A stretch of 32,000 bases of DNA from Methylorubrum extorquens. GTDB lineage: Bacteria > Pseudomonadota > Alphaproteobacteria > Rhizobiales > Beijerinckiaceae. The first letter of the stretch is position 1; each line of letters opens with the position of its first letter. The position numbers and the translations under genes are program-made. The stretch covers positions 1,860,001 to 1,892,000 of the forward strand of contig LT962688.1 in assembly GCA_900234795.1 (NCBI GenBank). Reading direction: 5' to 3'. The notes beneath the pieces were generated by a model that was not told where the DNA came from, ran no database searches, and worked only from the letters and a program-made list of their open reading frames with translations. Below, piece after piece: positions 1 through 7,977 of the stretch.

Positions 1-87
1 CGCGCCTTCCCCCTCACTCAGGCCAACGCGGCCATCGCAGCCCACCGCTGCGGGGCTCTTCAAGGTGCAGCCGTCCTCGTCCCCTGA
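1..87 (+). CDS. 3' end of an MDR-superfamily oxidoreductase-like gene (partial)
   Basis: Frame 1 from base 1 reads RAFPLTQANAAIAAHRCGALQGAAVLVP*. The G..VLVP terminus resembles zinc-type alcohol dehydrogenase / quinone oxidoreductase C-termini. Only 28 codons are visible. Confidence 0.3.
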   Translation, partial: RAFPLTQANAAIAAHRCGALQGAAVLVP

Positions 88-127
88 GTCGGTTCGTCCG
101 GCGTCGGCGGACGGCGCCCCTCTACTC

Positions 128-141
128 TTGAGGTGGATCAA
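128..141. promoter_or_regulatory. FNR/FixK-type box TTGAGGTGGATCAA
   Basis: Perfect TTGA-N6-TCAA palindrome. Its centre is about 75 nt upstream of the ATG at 209. The same 14-mer recurs at 11666. Confidence 0.7.
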
Positions 142-208
142 GGTCCGAGCCGCCGACGCGCGCAGGATGCCTTCATCTGGCCGGCGAGCCCGGCGGAGGG
201 AGGCGGGC

Positions 209-1024
209 ATGAGGATCTCCAACATCATGGTTTCGGTCGATCTCGGGTCCGCGGCCGCGGACCGCGTCCAGATGGCGGCGGGTCTCGCCGAGCGGTTCGA
301 GGCCAGGCTGACCGGCGTCGCCGCGCGCCCGATCCTCGGTCCCATGCCGGTCGGCGACATGCTGGAGGTCGAGCGCGCCTGGGCCGCCGAGGAGCGCTTG
401 GCGGACGAGCAACTGGCGGAGGCCAAGGCTCTGTTCGAGCGCGAGGCTGGGCAGGCACCCCGGACGGAGTGGCGCTCCGCCCGCGCCGATCCGCTGGCCT
501 ATCTCGACAACCAGGCGCGCGCCGCCGACGTTGTGGTCGTCGGTCGGCAAGGCCCAGCGGACGGCGACCCGGGCCTGATGGGCGTTCCGACCGGAGCCCT
601 GTTGATGGAGGTGGGGCGTCCCGTGCTCGTGGTTCCGCCCGGCATCGAGCGCCTCTTGGCGGGGCGCATCGTGGTGGCCTGGAAGGACACGCGCGAGGCA
701 CGCCGGGCGGTCCATGACGCGCTGCCGTTCCTGACCCGGGCCGACGAGGTTCACGTCGCCGTCGTCGGCCCCGACGCCAACCGCGAGGGCACTGAGGACT
801 TGGCCGCCTACCTGTCCGGGCACGGCATCAAGGCCAGCACCCACCTACTGCCGAGCCCGGCCATCGGCCCCGCCGACGAATTGCTTCGGTTCGCCCAGTG
901 CGAGGAGGCGGACCTCGTTGTGATGGGCGCCTACGGCCATTCCCGCCTCCGCGAGTGGATGTTCGGCGGTGTCACCCGCGACGTCCTACAGACGACGCCC
1001 GTCTGCTGCCTGATGAGCCACTGA
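209..1024 (+). CDS. tandem-domain universal stress protein (UspA family), 271 aa
   Basis: ORF 65..1024 trimmed to the ATG at 209, which follows GGAGGGAGG. It begins MRISNIMVSVDLGS and contains VVVG....G and GAYGHSRLREWMFGGVTRDVL motifs. The C-terminus is VCCLMSH. Confidence 0.85.
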   Translation: MRISNIMVSVDLGSAAADRVQMAAGLAERFEARLTGVAARPILGPMPVGDMLEVERAWAAEERLADEQLAEAKALFEREAGQAPRTEWRSARADPLAYLDNQARAADVVVVGRQGPADGDPGLMGVPTGALLMEVGRPVLVVPPGIERLLAGRIVVAWKDTREARRAVHDALPFLTRADEVHVAVVGPDANREGTEDLAAYLSGHGIKASTHLLPSPAIGPADELLRFAQCEEADLVVMGAYGHSRLREWMFGGVTRDVLQTTPVCCLMSH

Positions 1025-1356
1025 TGCGCCCGGCAGCCATCCTCGCGACCGGCGCTCTGGCGCTGCTTCCCGGCCTCCTCTCCCTCCCGGCGAATGCCTG
1101 GGACCGGCAGGTGAAACAGGGCGAGACCCTCGCCCGGAACAACTGCGCCCGCTGCCACGCCGTCGGGCGCGCCGGGGCGAGCCCGCTGCGCGCGGCGCCA
1201 CCCTTTCGCGAACTGCACACGCGCTACCCCGTCGAGGACCTCGGCGAGGCGCTCGCCGAGGGCATCCGAACGGGCCATCCCGGCATGCCCGAGTTCCGGT
1301 TCGACCCGGACCAGGCCGAGGCCCTGATCGCCTATCTCAAGTCCCTGGAACGCTGA
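1024..1356 (+). CDS. small monohaem c-type cytochrome with signal peptide, 110 aa
   Basis: The ATG overlaps the USP stop (TGATG). A hydrophobic N-terminus (ILATGALALLPGLL) is followed by the CARCH haem motif and HPGMP as a likely Met ligand. Confidence 0.8.
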   Translation: MRPAAILATGALALLPGLLSLPANAWDRQVKQGETLARNNCARCHAVGRAGASPLRAAPPFRELHTRYPVEDLGEALAEGIRTGHPGMPEFRFDPDQAEALIAYLKSLER

Positions 1357-1371
1357 GCGAGGAGACCCCTG

Positions 1372-2233
1372 ATGTTCCTGCGCTGCCTCCTCGTTCCTAC
1401 CGCCCCTGGTGTCGATGCTACGCGCCGGCTTGATGCAGCCCTGCGCCTGGGCCGGCGTTTGCATGCCCACATCGCCGTCAGCTTTATGGCGCCCGGCCCG
1501 GAGCACGTCATGGCCAGCATGGCGAGCCTGGTTCCCCTGGACTGCGCGACCATCGACGCCATCGGAGCGGGGCGTGCGCGAGGCCGCGGCCGAGGGCAAG
1601 GCGGCCGTCCAGGCCTGGTGTCAGCGCGAGGGGGTGCCGTTCATGTCGTCCGGCGGGCGGCTCGACGCCACCTTCGCGACCTGGGCCGAACTCTCGGGCG
1701 AAATCGAGCCGCTCCTGACCCTTGCCGGCCGGATCAACGATCTCGTCATCGTCGACCGGCCGGATCCAGGCGTGCCGTTCACGGGACGCGCACTCGACAC
1801 CGCCCTGTTCTCGGTCGGACGCCCGACGCTGATGGTCGGCCATGCCGTTCCCTACGACCTGCTCGACCACGTCATGATCGCCTGGAACGGCAGCCAGGAG
1901 GCGACGCGCCTGATCGGGCAATCCATCACGCTGCTGCACGAGGCCACCCGGGTCACCGTCCTCCAGGCGCGAACGGAGCGATTCGAGGAGGCGCCAACGG
2001 CCGACCTGTGCGCCTACCTGCGCTGGCATGGAATCGTGGCGGAGGCCGCCACCCTGGATATCGAGGGCGGGACCTCGGTCGGGGAGGCCATCCTCGCCGA
2101 GGCCGAGCGACGGCACGCCTCCATGCTGGCCATGGGAGCCTACACCCACAGCCGCGTGCGGGAGTTCCTGCTCGGCGGTGTCACCCGCCACGTCATCGAG
2201 CACGCTCGCATCCCGGTGCTCCTGGCCCACTGA
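1372..2233 (+). pseudogene. tandem universal stress protein interrupted by a frameshift near 1564
   Basis: The USP-like N-terminus (MFLRCLLVPTAPGVDATRRLDAALRLGRRL...) is in the frame of 1372. The rest (ERGVREAAAEGKAAV...GAYTHSRVREFLLGGVTRHVIEHARIPVLLAH) is in the frame of 1409. High third-position GC switches frame at about 1563-1565. Confidence 0.6.
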
Positions 2234-2298
2234 GGCATCGGGCCTGCAAGGAACGAAGAGTAAAGGCTATCCAAGGACGGGCCGGGGCAACTTCCCGC

Positions 2299-2574
2299 TT
2301 ACCGCCGCGGGTTGTGACAATGCATGTGCGGAGGCGCCGTGCCGCAGTCCAGGCTACAGGTCTGCCCAGGCTTGCAGAACCATTGCAGGGTGCCGCTCTT
2401 CAGGCAGGCGCCTGAGCAGTGGAGGTGCGGCGCGTTCTCGGGCTCGACGAAGGTGCCCTTCGCATCCGGGGAACGAGCCGGTCCCTGCGCTTGGACGGTC
2501 GATGCCTGCGACGTGCACGCAACGAGGACCAAGAAGGCCGTGCATGCCTTCGCCGTATGCGCGGTGACGGGCAT
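2299..2574 (-). CDS. small secreted or lipoprotein-like Cys-rich protein, 91 aa
   Basis: The ATG immediately follows the upstream USP stop (CAC TGA ATG on the minus strand). The signal-like segment AFLVLVAC has a lipobox-like LVAC. The mature part has 6 Cys and a His-rich tail. Third-position GC is high. Confidence 0.55.
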   Translation of the reverse strand: MPVTAHTAKACTAFLVLVACTSQASTVQAQGPARSPDAKGTFVEPENAPHLHCSGACLKSGTLQWFCKPGQTCSLDCGTAPPHMHCHNPRR

Positions 2575-3384
2575 TCAGTGGCTCATCAGGCAGCAGACTG
2601 GGCAGCCGGCGAGAAGGTCCCGGGTGACGCCTCCGAACGCCCACTCGCGCAAGCGGCCGTGGCCGTAGCCACCCAAGACGATGAGGTCGGCAGCCTGCTC
2701 GGAGGCCGCCTCGATCAACGCATCCGCGGTCACGGCGCCATAGGCGTCCCTGTGGACCGCGGTGGCGTCGACGTCGTGCGCCTGCAGGAGGCCGATGACG
2801 TCCCGCGTGTCGTCCGACCCCTTCCCTTCGTCGACGGAGATCACCACGACCTGGGAGGCGCGCTTCAGGAAAGGCAGCGCATCCCGGACGGCGCGGCGCG
2901 CCTCGCGGGTGTCCTTCCAGGCGACCGCGACGCGCTTGGCGTCGAGGTGGCCAACCTTGGGCGGGACGACCAGCATCGGCAGGCCGAGCCGCATCAGGGC
3001 ATCCCCGGGATCGACCGACATGAGTCGGCTGCCATCGTCGCCACGGCCCACGACCAACAGATCGGCGGCCGCCGATTGGCGCGCTAAAAATGCTGCGGGG
3101 AAGTCGAGGTTCGAACGCCACTCGACACGGCTACGTCCGCCGCCGGCCTCCTCGAAAGCCTCGTGGGCCAGCCTGAGGTCGTTCAGGACGGCTTCCTGGA
3201 CGGAGCCGATGCAGTACGCGCTTCCGAGCGTCGGACCGACCGGTACGGCCTCGTAGGCCGGCATCTCCGCGGCGACGCCGATCAGGCGGGCATTGAAGTC
3301 GTCCGCCAAATGACCGGCGAGCCTGACGCGCTCGCGCGCATGCTCGCCGAGGTCGACCGCCACCATGATGCTTGCGTACGACAT
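2575..3384 (-). CDS. tandem-domain universal stress protein, 269 aa (alternative start 3399)
   Basis: Begins MSYASIMVAVDLGEHARERV and contains GGYGHGRLREWAFGGVTRDLL. The C-terminus is VCCLMSH. A GGAG lies 7 nt before the ATG at 3384. Confidence 0.85.
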   Translation of the reverse strand: MSYASIMVAVDLGEHARERVRLAGHLADDFNARLIGVAAEMPAYEAVPVGPTLGSAYCIGSVQEAVLNDLRLAHEAFEEAGGGRSRVEWRSNLDFPAAFLARQSAAADLLVVGRGDDGSRLMSVDPGDALMRLGLPMLVVPPKVGHLDAKRVAVAWKDTREARRAVRDALPFLKRASQVVVISVDEGKGSDDTRDVIGLLQAHDVDATAVHRDAYGAVTADALIEAASEQAADLIVLGGYGHGRLREWAFGGVTRDLLAGCPVCCLMSH

Positions 3385-3469
3385 AGGGGGCTCCGCCATG
3401 TGAGTGGTAACGGGGCGCAGGGATGCTGCCCGGACGGGCGAAGCTCACGGCCTCGCCAGGCCGGCCGGG

Positions 3470-4117
3470 TCAGCCCAGCGTCAGGTGGTCCTCGACGGCG
3501 CGCACGCCCGGAGCCGACCAAGCCGCGTTCTCGGCAAGGCGGCGCTCGTACCAGGCGTTCACCTTGCCCTCCAGGACGACCTTGGCGTCCTTGACCGTCA
3601 CCTTGATCGCATCCGCCTCAAGCTCGGCGTTACGCTTGAGCGCCGCCATGATCTTCGCGCGCACGTCGGGCACGCTCGCCCTGGGCGCCACCTCGATGGC
3701 GTTCATGATGCCGGCTACGCCCGCGAGCCGCCGGATCGCCCGGTAGGCCTCCTCCTTCTGGTACTGCCAATCGACCTTACCGCTGAGCGTCACCCAGCCG
3801 TCCTGGACCTTCACCTGCACGGCGCCCTTAGGCACCGTCGCCGACCAGTCCAGCATCTGCACGGCGCGTTGGGCGATGTCCTCGTCGCGCGGCGGCGTTT
3901 CGCCGTCGAAGCGCACCTGGATCTCCTCGACCACCCCGCGCACGCCGCGCACCTTCTGGGCCGCCTTCTCGGCGGCCACGCGCTCCGTGTAGCTACCGAC
4001 GTGACCGGTGAGCGTGACGATGCCGTTCTCCACGGCGACGCCGATGTTGGCAGCGTCGATGCTGGGATCGAAATCGAGCTCGTCGATGACGTTCTGGCGG
4101 ATCAGCTTGTCGCCCAT
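3470..4117 (-). CDS. BON-domain (OsmY-like) protein, 215 aa
   Basis: ORF 3470..4204 trimmed to the ATG at 4117, which follows GGAGA. Repeated BON-type segments are present (V.V.NG.VTLTG.V......A....A..V.GV..V). Confidence 0.8.
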   Translation of the reverse strand: MGDKLIRQNVIDELDFDPSIDAANIGVAVENGIVTLTGHVGSYTERVAAEKAAQKVRGVRGVVEEIQVRFDGETPPRDEDIAQRAVQMLDWSATVPKGAVQVKVQDGWVTLSGKVDWQYQKEEAYRAIRRLAGVAGIMNAIEVAPRASVPDVRAKIMAALKRNAELEADAIKVTVKDAKVVLEGKVNAWYERRLAENAAWSAPGVRAVEDHLTLG

Positions 4118-4166
4118 CGTTCGTCTCCTCGATGAGGTCCAGGTCGCGCCTGGCCGAAGCCGATGC

Positions 4167-4619
4167 TTACGCCCGGCAGGCGGTCGGACATTGATCCAGC
4201 GCAACGGCCTCGCCGACCGCGATCCGATCCAGCATCGGACAGGCGCAGGGGCAGCCCGGGACCGCGCAACGGGCGCTTACGGCGGAGACCATGTCCCGGG
4301 CATCGAACAGCCGGTCGAACCTCGGCACGTCCGAGAAGGCGTCCGGGACGCGTGCGTTTCCAGAGATCAGCGCGAAGGGGACGCCCCGGCGGCGCAGGGC
4401 GCAGGCGAGCGGGAAGCAGGGCCCCTGGTTCAGGTCGACGCTGACGACCGCGAAGTCTGGCGGCTTCTCTTCCAGGCTCTCCGCCGCATCCTGGCAAGTG
4501 GCGTAGGGCCCGCTGACGGCACAGCCGGCGTCGGCGAGCACGTCCTCCAGCCACATGCCCGGCAACGCCTGAGGCTCCGCGACCAGTACGACCGGTCGTC
4601 CCTCTCTTCCGCCATCCAT
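4167..4619 (-). CDS. single-domain response-regulator receiver-like protein with a Cys-rich tail, 150 aa
   Basis: CheY-like layout: VVLVAEPQ...DFAVVSVDLN...FALISG. The acidic pocket (EP instead of DD/ED) and the conserved Lys position (RLF instead of KPF) are degenerate. The tail reads CAVPGCPCACP....QCPTAC. Confidence 0.6.
   Translation of the reverse strand: MDGGREGRPVVLVAEPQALPGMWLEDVLADAGCAVSGPYATCQDAAESLEEKPPDFAVVSVDLNQGPCFPLACALRRRGVPFALISGNARVPDAFSDVPRFDRLFDARDMVSAVSARCAVPGCPCACPMLDRIAVGEAVALDQCPTACRA
4191..4204. promoter_or_regulatory. FNR/FixK-type hybrid box TTGATCCAGCGCAA
   Basis: Its centre is about 80 nt upstream of the BON start at 4117. An identical 14-mer occurs at 6554. It lies inside the 3' end of the receiver ORF. 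Confidence 0.65.
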
Positions 4620-4684
4620 CGCCCGATTCCTAATTCAGGTTGCGGCAGTGCGAGGATGGACCGGTTGGCCCGGGGCGCGTTGCG

Positions 4685-6016
4685 CTAGATCAAGGGAAGC
4701 GCCGCCGTCATCAGCATGGCGAGAACCGCGAGCAGCATGCAGGCTGTGGCGACCCAGCCGAGCAGCTTGAGGGGACCTCGCACCGCGAAGGCGCCCATGA
4801 TGTCGGTGCGCGCCGCCGCCATCATCATCACCGCCATGACCGGCACCGCGATGACGCCGTTGACGACTGCGCTCCAGTAGAGCGCCCGGATCGGGTCGAC
4901 CGCGCCCAGGCTGATGACCATGCCCACCAGCGTGGCGAGCGCCACCGTCCCGTAGAAGGCGCGCGCCTCCAGCAGGCGCCGGCCGAAGCCAACGGGCCAG
5001 CGCCGCGCCTCGCCGACCGCGTAGGCCGCCGAGCCCGCCAGCACTGGAACTGCCAGAAGTCCGGTCCCGACGATGCCAAGGGCGAAGACAGTAGCGGAAA
5101 ACGGGCCAGCCAGCGGACGCAGGGCCTCCGCCGCTTGGGCCGAGGTCTGGATGTCGGTGATACCACGCGGGTGCAGCACCGCGGCGGCGGTAACCATAAT
5201 GGCGAGCGCCACGAGATTCGAGAAGGCCATGCCGACCAGCGTGTCGATCTCGATGCGGTGGAGCGCCGCGCCACCCTGTTCGGGCGCGTGCAGGAGGTCG
5301 CGCCGGCGCGGATAGGCGTGCAGGTCCTCGGCCTCCTCGGCGGCCTGCCAGAAGAACAGGTAGGGGCTGATCGTGGTGCCGAAGAGGGCCACCAGCGTGG
5401 TCAGGGCGCCGCCACTGAGGTTGACCTTCGGGATGGCGAGCGCCGCGCCAAGGTCCCACCAAGAGACGCGGGCAAAGATCACCACGCCGAGATAGGCGAA
5501 CAGACTCAGCGTCAGCCACTTCAGGACGGCGACGTAGCGCGTGTACTGAAGGACGAGCTGCATGAAGGCGCAGATGCCGGCGAAGAGGACCACATAGAGC
5601 CAGCGCGGGCCCGGCAACAGCAGGTTCAGCGCGTCCGCCATGGCGCCGAGGTCGGCCCCGAGGTTCAGGATGTTCGCGGCCAGCAGGAGCACCACCACGG
5701 CCTGGAGCAGGCTGTTCGGATAGTGCTCGCGCAGCACCCGGGCGATGCCGTGGCCGGTGGTGCGCCCAATCCGGGCGGAAACCATCTGAACCGCCGCCAT
5801 CAGCGGCAGGGTGTAGAGCATGGTCCAGCACAGGCCGTAGCCGAACTGGGCTCCCGCCTGGCCGTAAGTGGCGATGCCGCTGGGGTCGTCGTCCGAGGCA
5901 CCGGTGATCAGGCCGGGGCCGAGGACGCGCAGCAGGCGCGGCTTCGAAGGGCCGACGGCAGGGCTCGGCACCTCCGGGTCGTCGGCCTCCTCGGCCGCGA
6001 CGGACGGGACGCTCAT
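4685..6016 (-). CDS. NRAMP-family divalent metal cation transporter, 443 aa
   Basis: Contains GPGLITGASDDDPSGIATYGQAGAQFGYGL and many TM segments. High third-position GC is confined to this frame. Confidence 0.85.
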   Translation of the reverse strand: MSVPSVAAEEADDPEVPSPAVGPSKPRLLRVLGPGLITGASDDDPSGIATYGQAGAQFGYGLCWTMLYTLPLMAAVQMVSARIGRTTGHGIARVLREHYPNSLLQAVVVLLLAANILNLGADLGAMADALNLLLPGPRWLYVVLFAGICAFMQLVLQYTRYVAVLKWLTLSLFAYLGVVIFARVSWWDLGAALAIPKVNLSGGALTTLVALFGTTISPYLFFWQAAEEAEDLHAYPRRRDLLHAPEQGGAALHRIEIDTLVGMAFSNLVALAIMVTAAAVLHPRGITDIQTSAQAAEALRPLAGPFSATVFALGIVGTGLLAVPVLAGSAAYAVGEARRWPVGFGRRLLEARAFYGTVALATLVGMVISLGAVDPIRALYWSAVVNGVIAVPVMAVMMMAAARTDIMGAFAVRGPLKLLGWVATACMLLAVLAMLMTAALPLI

Positions 6017-6270
6017 GCCATCGACTTCGACGCCGAGGCCTTCGCTTCGGCACGGACCGTGCGTGCGACCCGAAGGGCCGCCGCGAGGTCGTCGCCGTCG
6101 GTCCCGTAGCGGCGGCGGAGATCATCGAGCCAACCAGGTCGGCCGTCCTCGGCGTCCGGGATGTCGGCGAACGGCACGTGGTACATGCCGTCGAGCGCCT
6201 CGATCCCGTAGCCGGTGACGGCCCACTGCCGGCCCTGCCAGTGCACGGGTTCGGTGAGTTCGTAGCTCAT
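6013..6270 (-). CDS. hypothetical protein, 85 aa
   Basis: ORF 6013..6573 trimmed to the ATG at 6270, preceded by GAGGAGG. Its stop overlaps the NRAMP start (ATGA). Sequence begins MSYELTEPVHWQGRQWAVTGYGIEALDG. Confidence 0.55.
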   Translation of the reverse strand: MSYELTEPVHWQGRQWAVTGYGIEALDGMYHVPFADIPDAEDGRPGWLDDLRRRYGTDGDDLAAALRVARTVRAEAKASASKSMA

Positions 6271-6280
6271 GCCGGCCTCC

Positions 6281-6496
6281 TCAGGCTGCTTGCCGGGTGA
6301 GTTCGGCGACCTCGCAGGTATCGGCCCGCATCCGCCAGTCGACGACGCCGCAAGCCTCGCACAGCATCGCCTTGGCGGCGAACGCGGCGGCGATGTCCGA
6401 GCGGGCGGTGACGACCGCCTGCTGCTGCAGGACGCGATGGTCGTGCCCGGTGTCGTCCGGGACGGTCTTATGGAAGGTGACGAGGTACTCGCGCAT
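6281..6496 (-). CDS. hypothetical protein, 71 aa
   Basis: First gene after the box at 6554. A GGAG lies 8 nt upstream of the start. Sequence begins MREYLVTFHKTVPDDTGHDHRVL. Confidence 0.5.
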   Translation of the reverse strand: MREYLVTFHKTVPDDTGHDHRVLQQQAVVTARSDIAAAFAAKAMLCEACGVVDWRMRADTCEVAELTRQAA

Positions 6497-6553
6497 GGCT
6501 CGACTCCGTTTGCCGGTGAGGGCGAAATCTGCGGCCGGCTGGTCCGGCCGGCC

Positions 6554-6567
6554 TTGATCCAGCGCAA
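6554..6567. promoter_or_regulatory. FNR/FixK-type hybrid box TTGATCCAGCGCAA
   Basis: Its centre is about 65 nt upstream of the ATG at 6496. The sequence is identical to the box at 4191. Confidence 0.65.
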
Positions 6568-6579
6568 GGGCACCGGCGC

Positions 6580-7098
6580 TCAGGTGCCGGTCGTCGGCGG
6601 AAAGAGGCGTTCGCGGCCAGGCTCCCCGTCTGCCGGACTGCGGGCTTTCGCGGCACGGTGGGCGCGCGCCTTTCCGTGGAGCGGCCAGTAGCGTTCCATG
6701 GCGAGGTAGGTGAAGGAAGCCGACCAGCCGATCAGGAGCAGGCCGTTGAGCGCCTCGACGCCGGTGAGAAGGCGGGCGTGGCCGACGGGCGCGTGGTCGC
6801 CGTAGCCAAGCGAGGAATAGGCGACCACCGAGACGAACAGGCAGTCTTCGAACGTCGTCACCGGCACGCCCGAGAAGCTGCCGAGGCCGAGCCTCAGGAC
6901 GAGCAGCCAGTAGGCGATGGCGTAGATCCAGACCGCGACCGTATGCCCGGCGAAGGCGGCGAGCACCACGGCGACGATGCGCCAGCGCGGCGGCACCGGC
7001 AGTTCGGCGAGGTGCTCCGAGGTCAGGCGCAGCGTCTCGTAGAGCACCAGGATGGTGACCATGACGAGGACGATGCTGGCGGCGAGGACGACAAGCAT
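6580..7098 (-). CDS. two-TM potassium-channel family protein, 172 aa
   Basis: Selectivity-filter-like SSLGYGD lies between hydrophobic helices. Confidence 0.75.
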   Translation of the reverse strand: MLVVLAASIVLVMVTILVLYETLRLTSEHLAELPVPPRWRIVAVVLAAFAGHTVAVWIYAIAYWLLVLRLGLGSFSGVPVTTFEDCLFVSVVAYSSLGYGDHAPVGHARLLTGVEALNGLLLIGWSASFTYLAMERYWPLHGKARAHRAAKARSPADGEPGRERLFPPTTGT

Positions 7099-7208
7099 GA
7101 TGATGGTTCGAAGGAGGGGCCTGAAAGAAGCCTGCCTAACCTGCCGTCGGCCGCCTTGACCTGCCTCAAGCCTGCCGTCCCAGCTACCGGGGCCGTGCCG
7201 GACTCGCC

Positions 7209-7222
7209 GTGATCCAGATCAA
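7209..7222. promoter_or_regulatory. FNR/FixK-type box GTGATCCAGATCAA in a divergent intergenic region
   Basis: One mismatch to TTGAT-N4-ATCAA. Its centre is about 78 nt from the ATG at 7293 (+) and about 118 nt from the ATG at 7098 (-). Confidence 0.6.
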
Positions 7223-7292
7223 CGCGGCCCCCGCTCCATTGGCGTCTCCTGCCTCAATGTGCCCATTCCCGGGCGTCCGGCAGGAGGCGATC

Positions 7293-7532
7293 ATGGCAGA
7301 CATCCACGTAGCTGAGGGTCTCTGGTCCACGGGCATGCTGCCCGAAGGCGTCCTGGAGCGGTGGCTCGTCCCGGACGGGGCGAGCGTGCGGGCCGGCGAG
7401 GCTGTGGCCGCCGTGCGCATCGGCGAGGCCCTGCACGACATCGCTTCCCCCGCCGAGGGTCGCCTGATGATCCTCGCGCCGGTCAACGAGGTGGTCGACC
7501 CCGGCTGCATCATCGCCGAGGTCCATGGGTGA
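7293..7532 (+). CDS. biotin/lipoyl-attachment-like single-domain protein lacking the modifiable Lys, 79 aa
   Basis: ATG at 7293 follows GGAGG. The segment WLVPDGASVRAGEAVAAVRIGEALHDIASPAEGRL follows the lipoyl-domain pattern, but EAL replaces the DKA/MKM position. Confidence 0.55.
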   Translation: MADIHVAEGLWSTGMLPEGVLERWLVPDGASVRAGEAVAAVRIGEALHDIASPAEGRLMILAPVNEVVDPGCIIAEVHG

Positions 7533-7599
7533 CGGAACCGCTCGACGCCCCCGCACTCGAAGGGGCGTCGCGACAACAGGCAGATCGAGGAGACATGTC

Positions 7600-7977
7600 A
7601 TGTCCCAGGCAGGTAGGCAGGTCACGCCCCCGCCGTCGGGTGGGAGAGCGGACGAGATCCAGATCGACATCTTACAGCACGCTGCCGGCATGGCGCTGGT
7701 ACTGGCTGCATGGGTGCTGGTGTTCGCTGACCAGGGCCGGGCGGCCTTCTTCGCGCTCATGCCGGGCCTGCTGATCCTCGCGCTCACCGGATGCAACCGG
7801 ATTCGCTTCCGTCCCGCCCTTGAGAAGGCGGTCGTACTCGCTGGGGCGTGGACGGTTCTCACGCCTTTCCTATTCGGCTTCGCGGCCAACGATGCCGCTA
7901 CCTGGGCGCACGTCGTGGCCGGAGCCGTGACTGTGGCGGTCGCCACGAGGCGGCTCAGGATCGCGAGGGCGTCATGA
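7600..7977 (+). CDS. SPW-repeat-like small membrane protein, 125 aa
   Basis: ATG at 7600 follows GAGGAG. Two hydrophobic hairpins are present. AWTVLTPFLFGFAANDAATWAHVVAGAV resembles an SPW repeat with TPF in place of SPW. Confidence 0.45.
   Translation: MSQAGRQVTPPPSGGRADEIQIDILQHAAGMALVLAAWVLVFADQGRAAFFALMPGLLILALTGCNRIRFRPALEKAVVLAGAWTVLTPFLFGFAANDAATWAHVVAGAVTVAVATRRLRIARAS

Noticed and set aside
65-208. N-terminal extensions of several ORFs containing WIKVR / WINVR / WIKAG / IQIN (for example 65..208, 4118..4204, 6271..6573, 7209..7292)
   Set aside because: These peptides are simply translations of the TTGA..GGATCAA promoter boxes. Starts were moved to downstream ATGs with SD sequences.
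1372-2415. 347-aa ORF read straight through from 1372
   Set aside because: Only about the first 64 codons look coding. After about 1564 the composition becomes Arg/Gly/Pro repeats, while the frame of 1409 carries the USP motifs.
4635-6125. Two very long ORFs (496 aa on the minus strand, 489 aa on the plus strand) overlapping the NRAMP gene
   Set aside because: Their compositions are Arg/Pro/Gly/His-rich with no domain features. The NRAMP frame carries all the codon-bias and motif signal. These are typical high-GC shadow ORFs.
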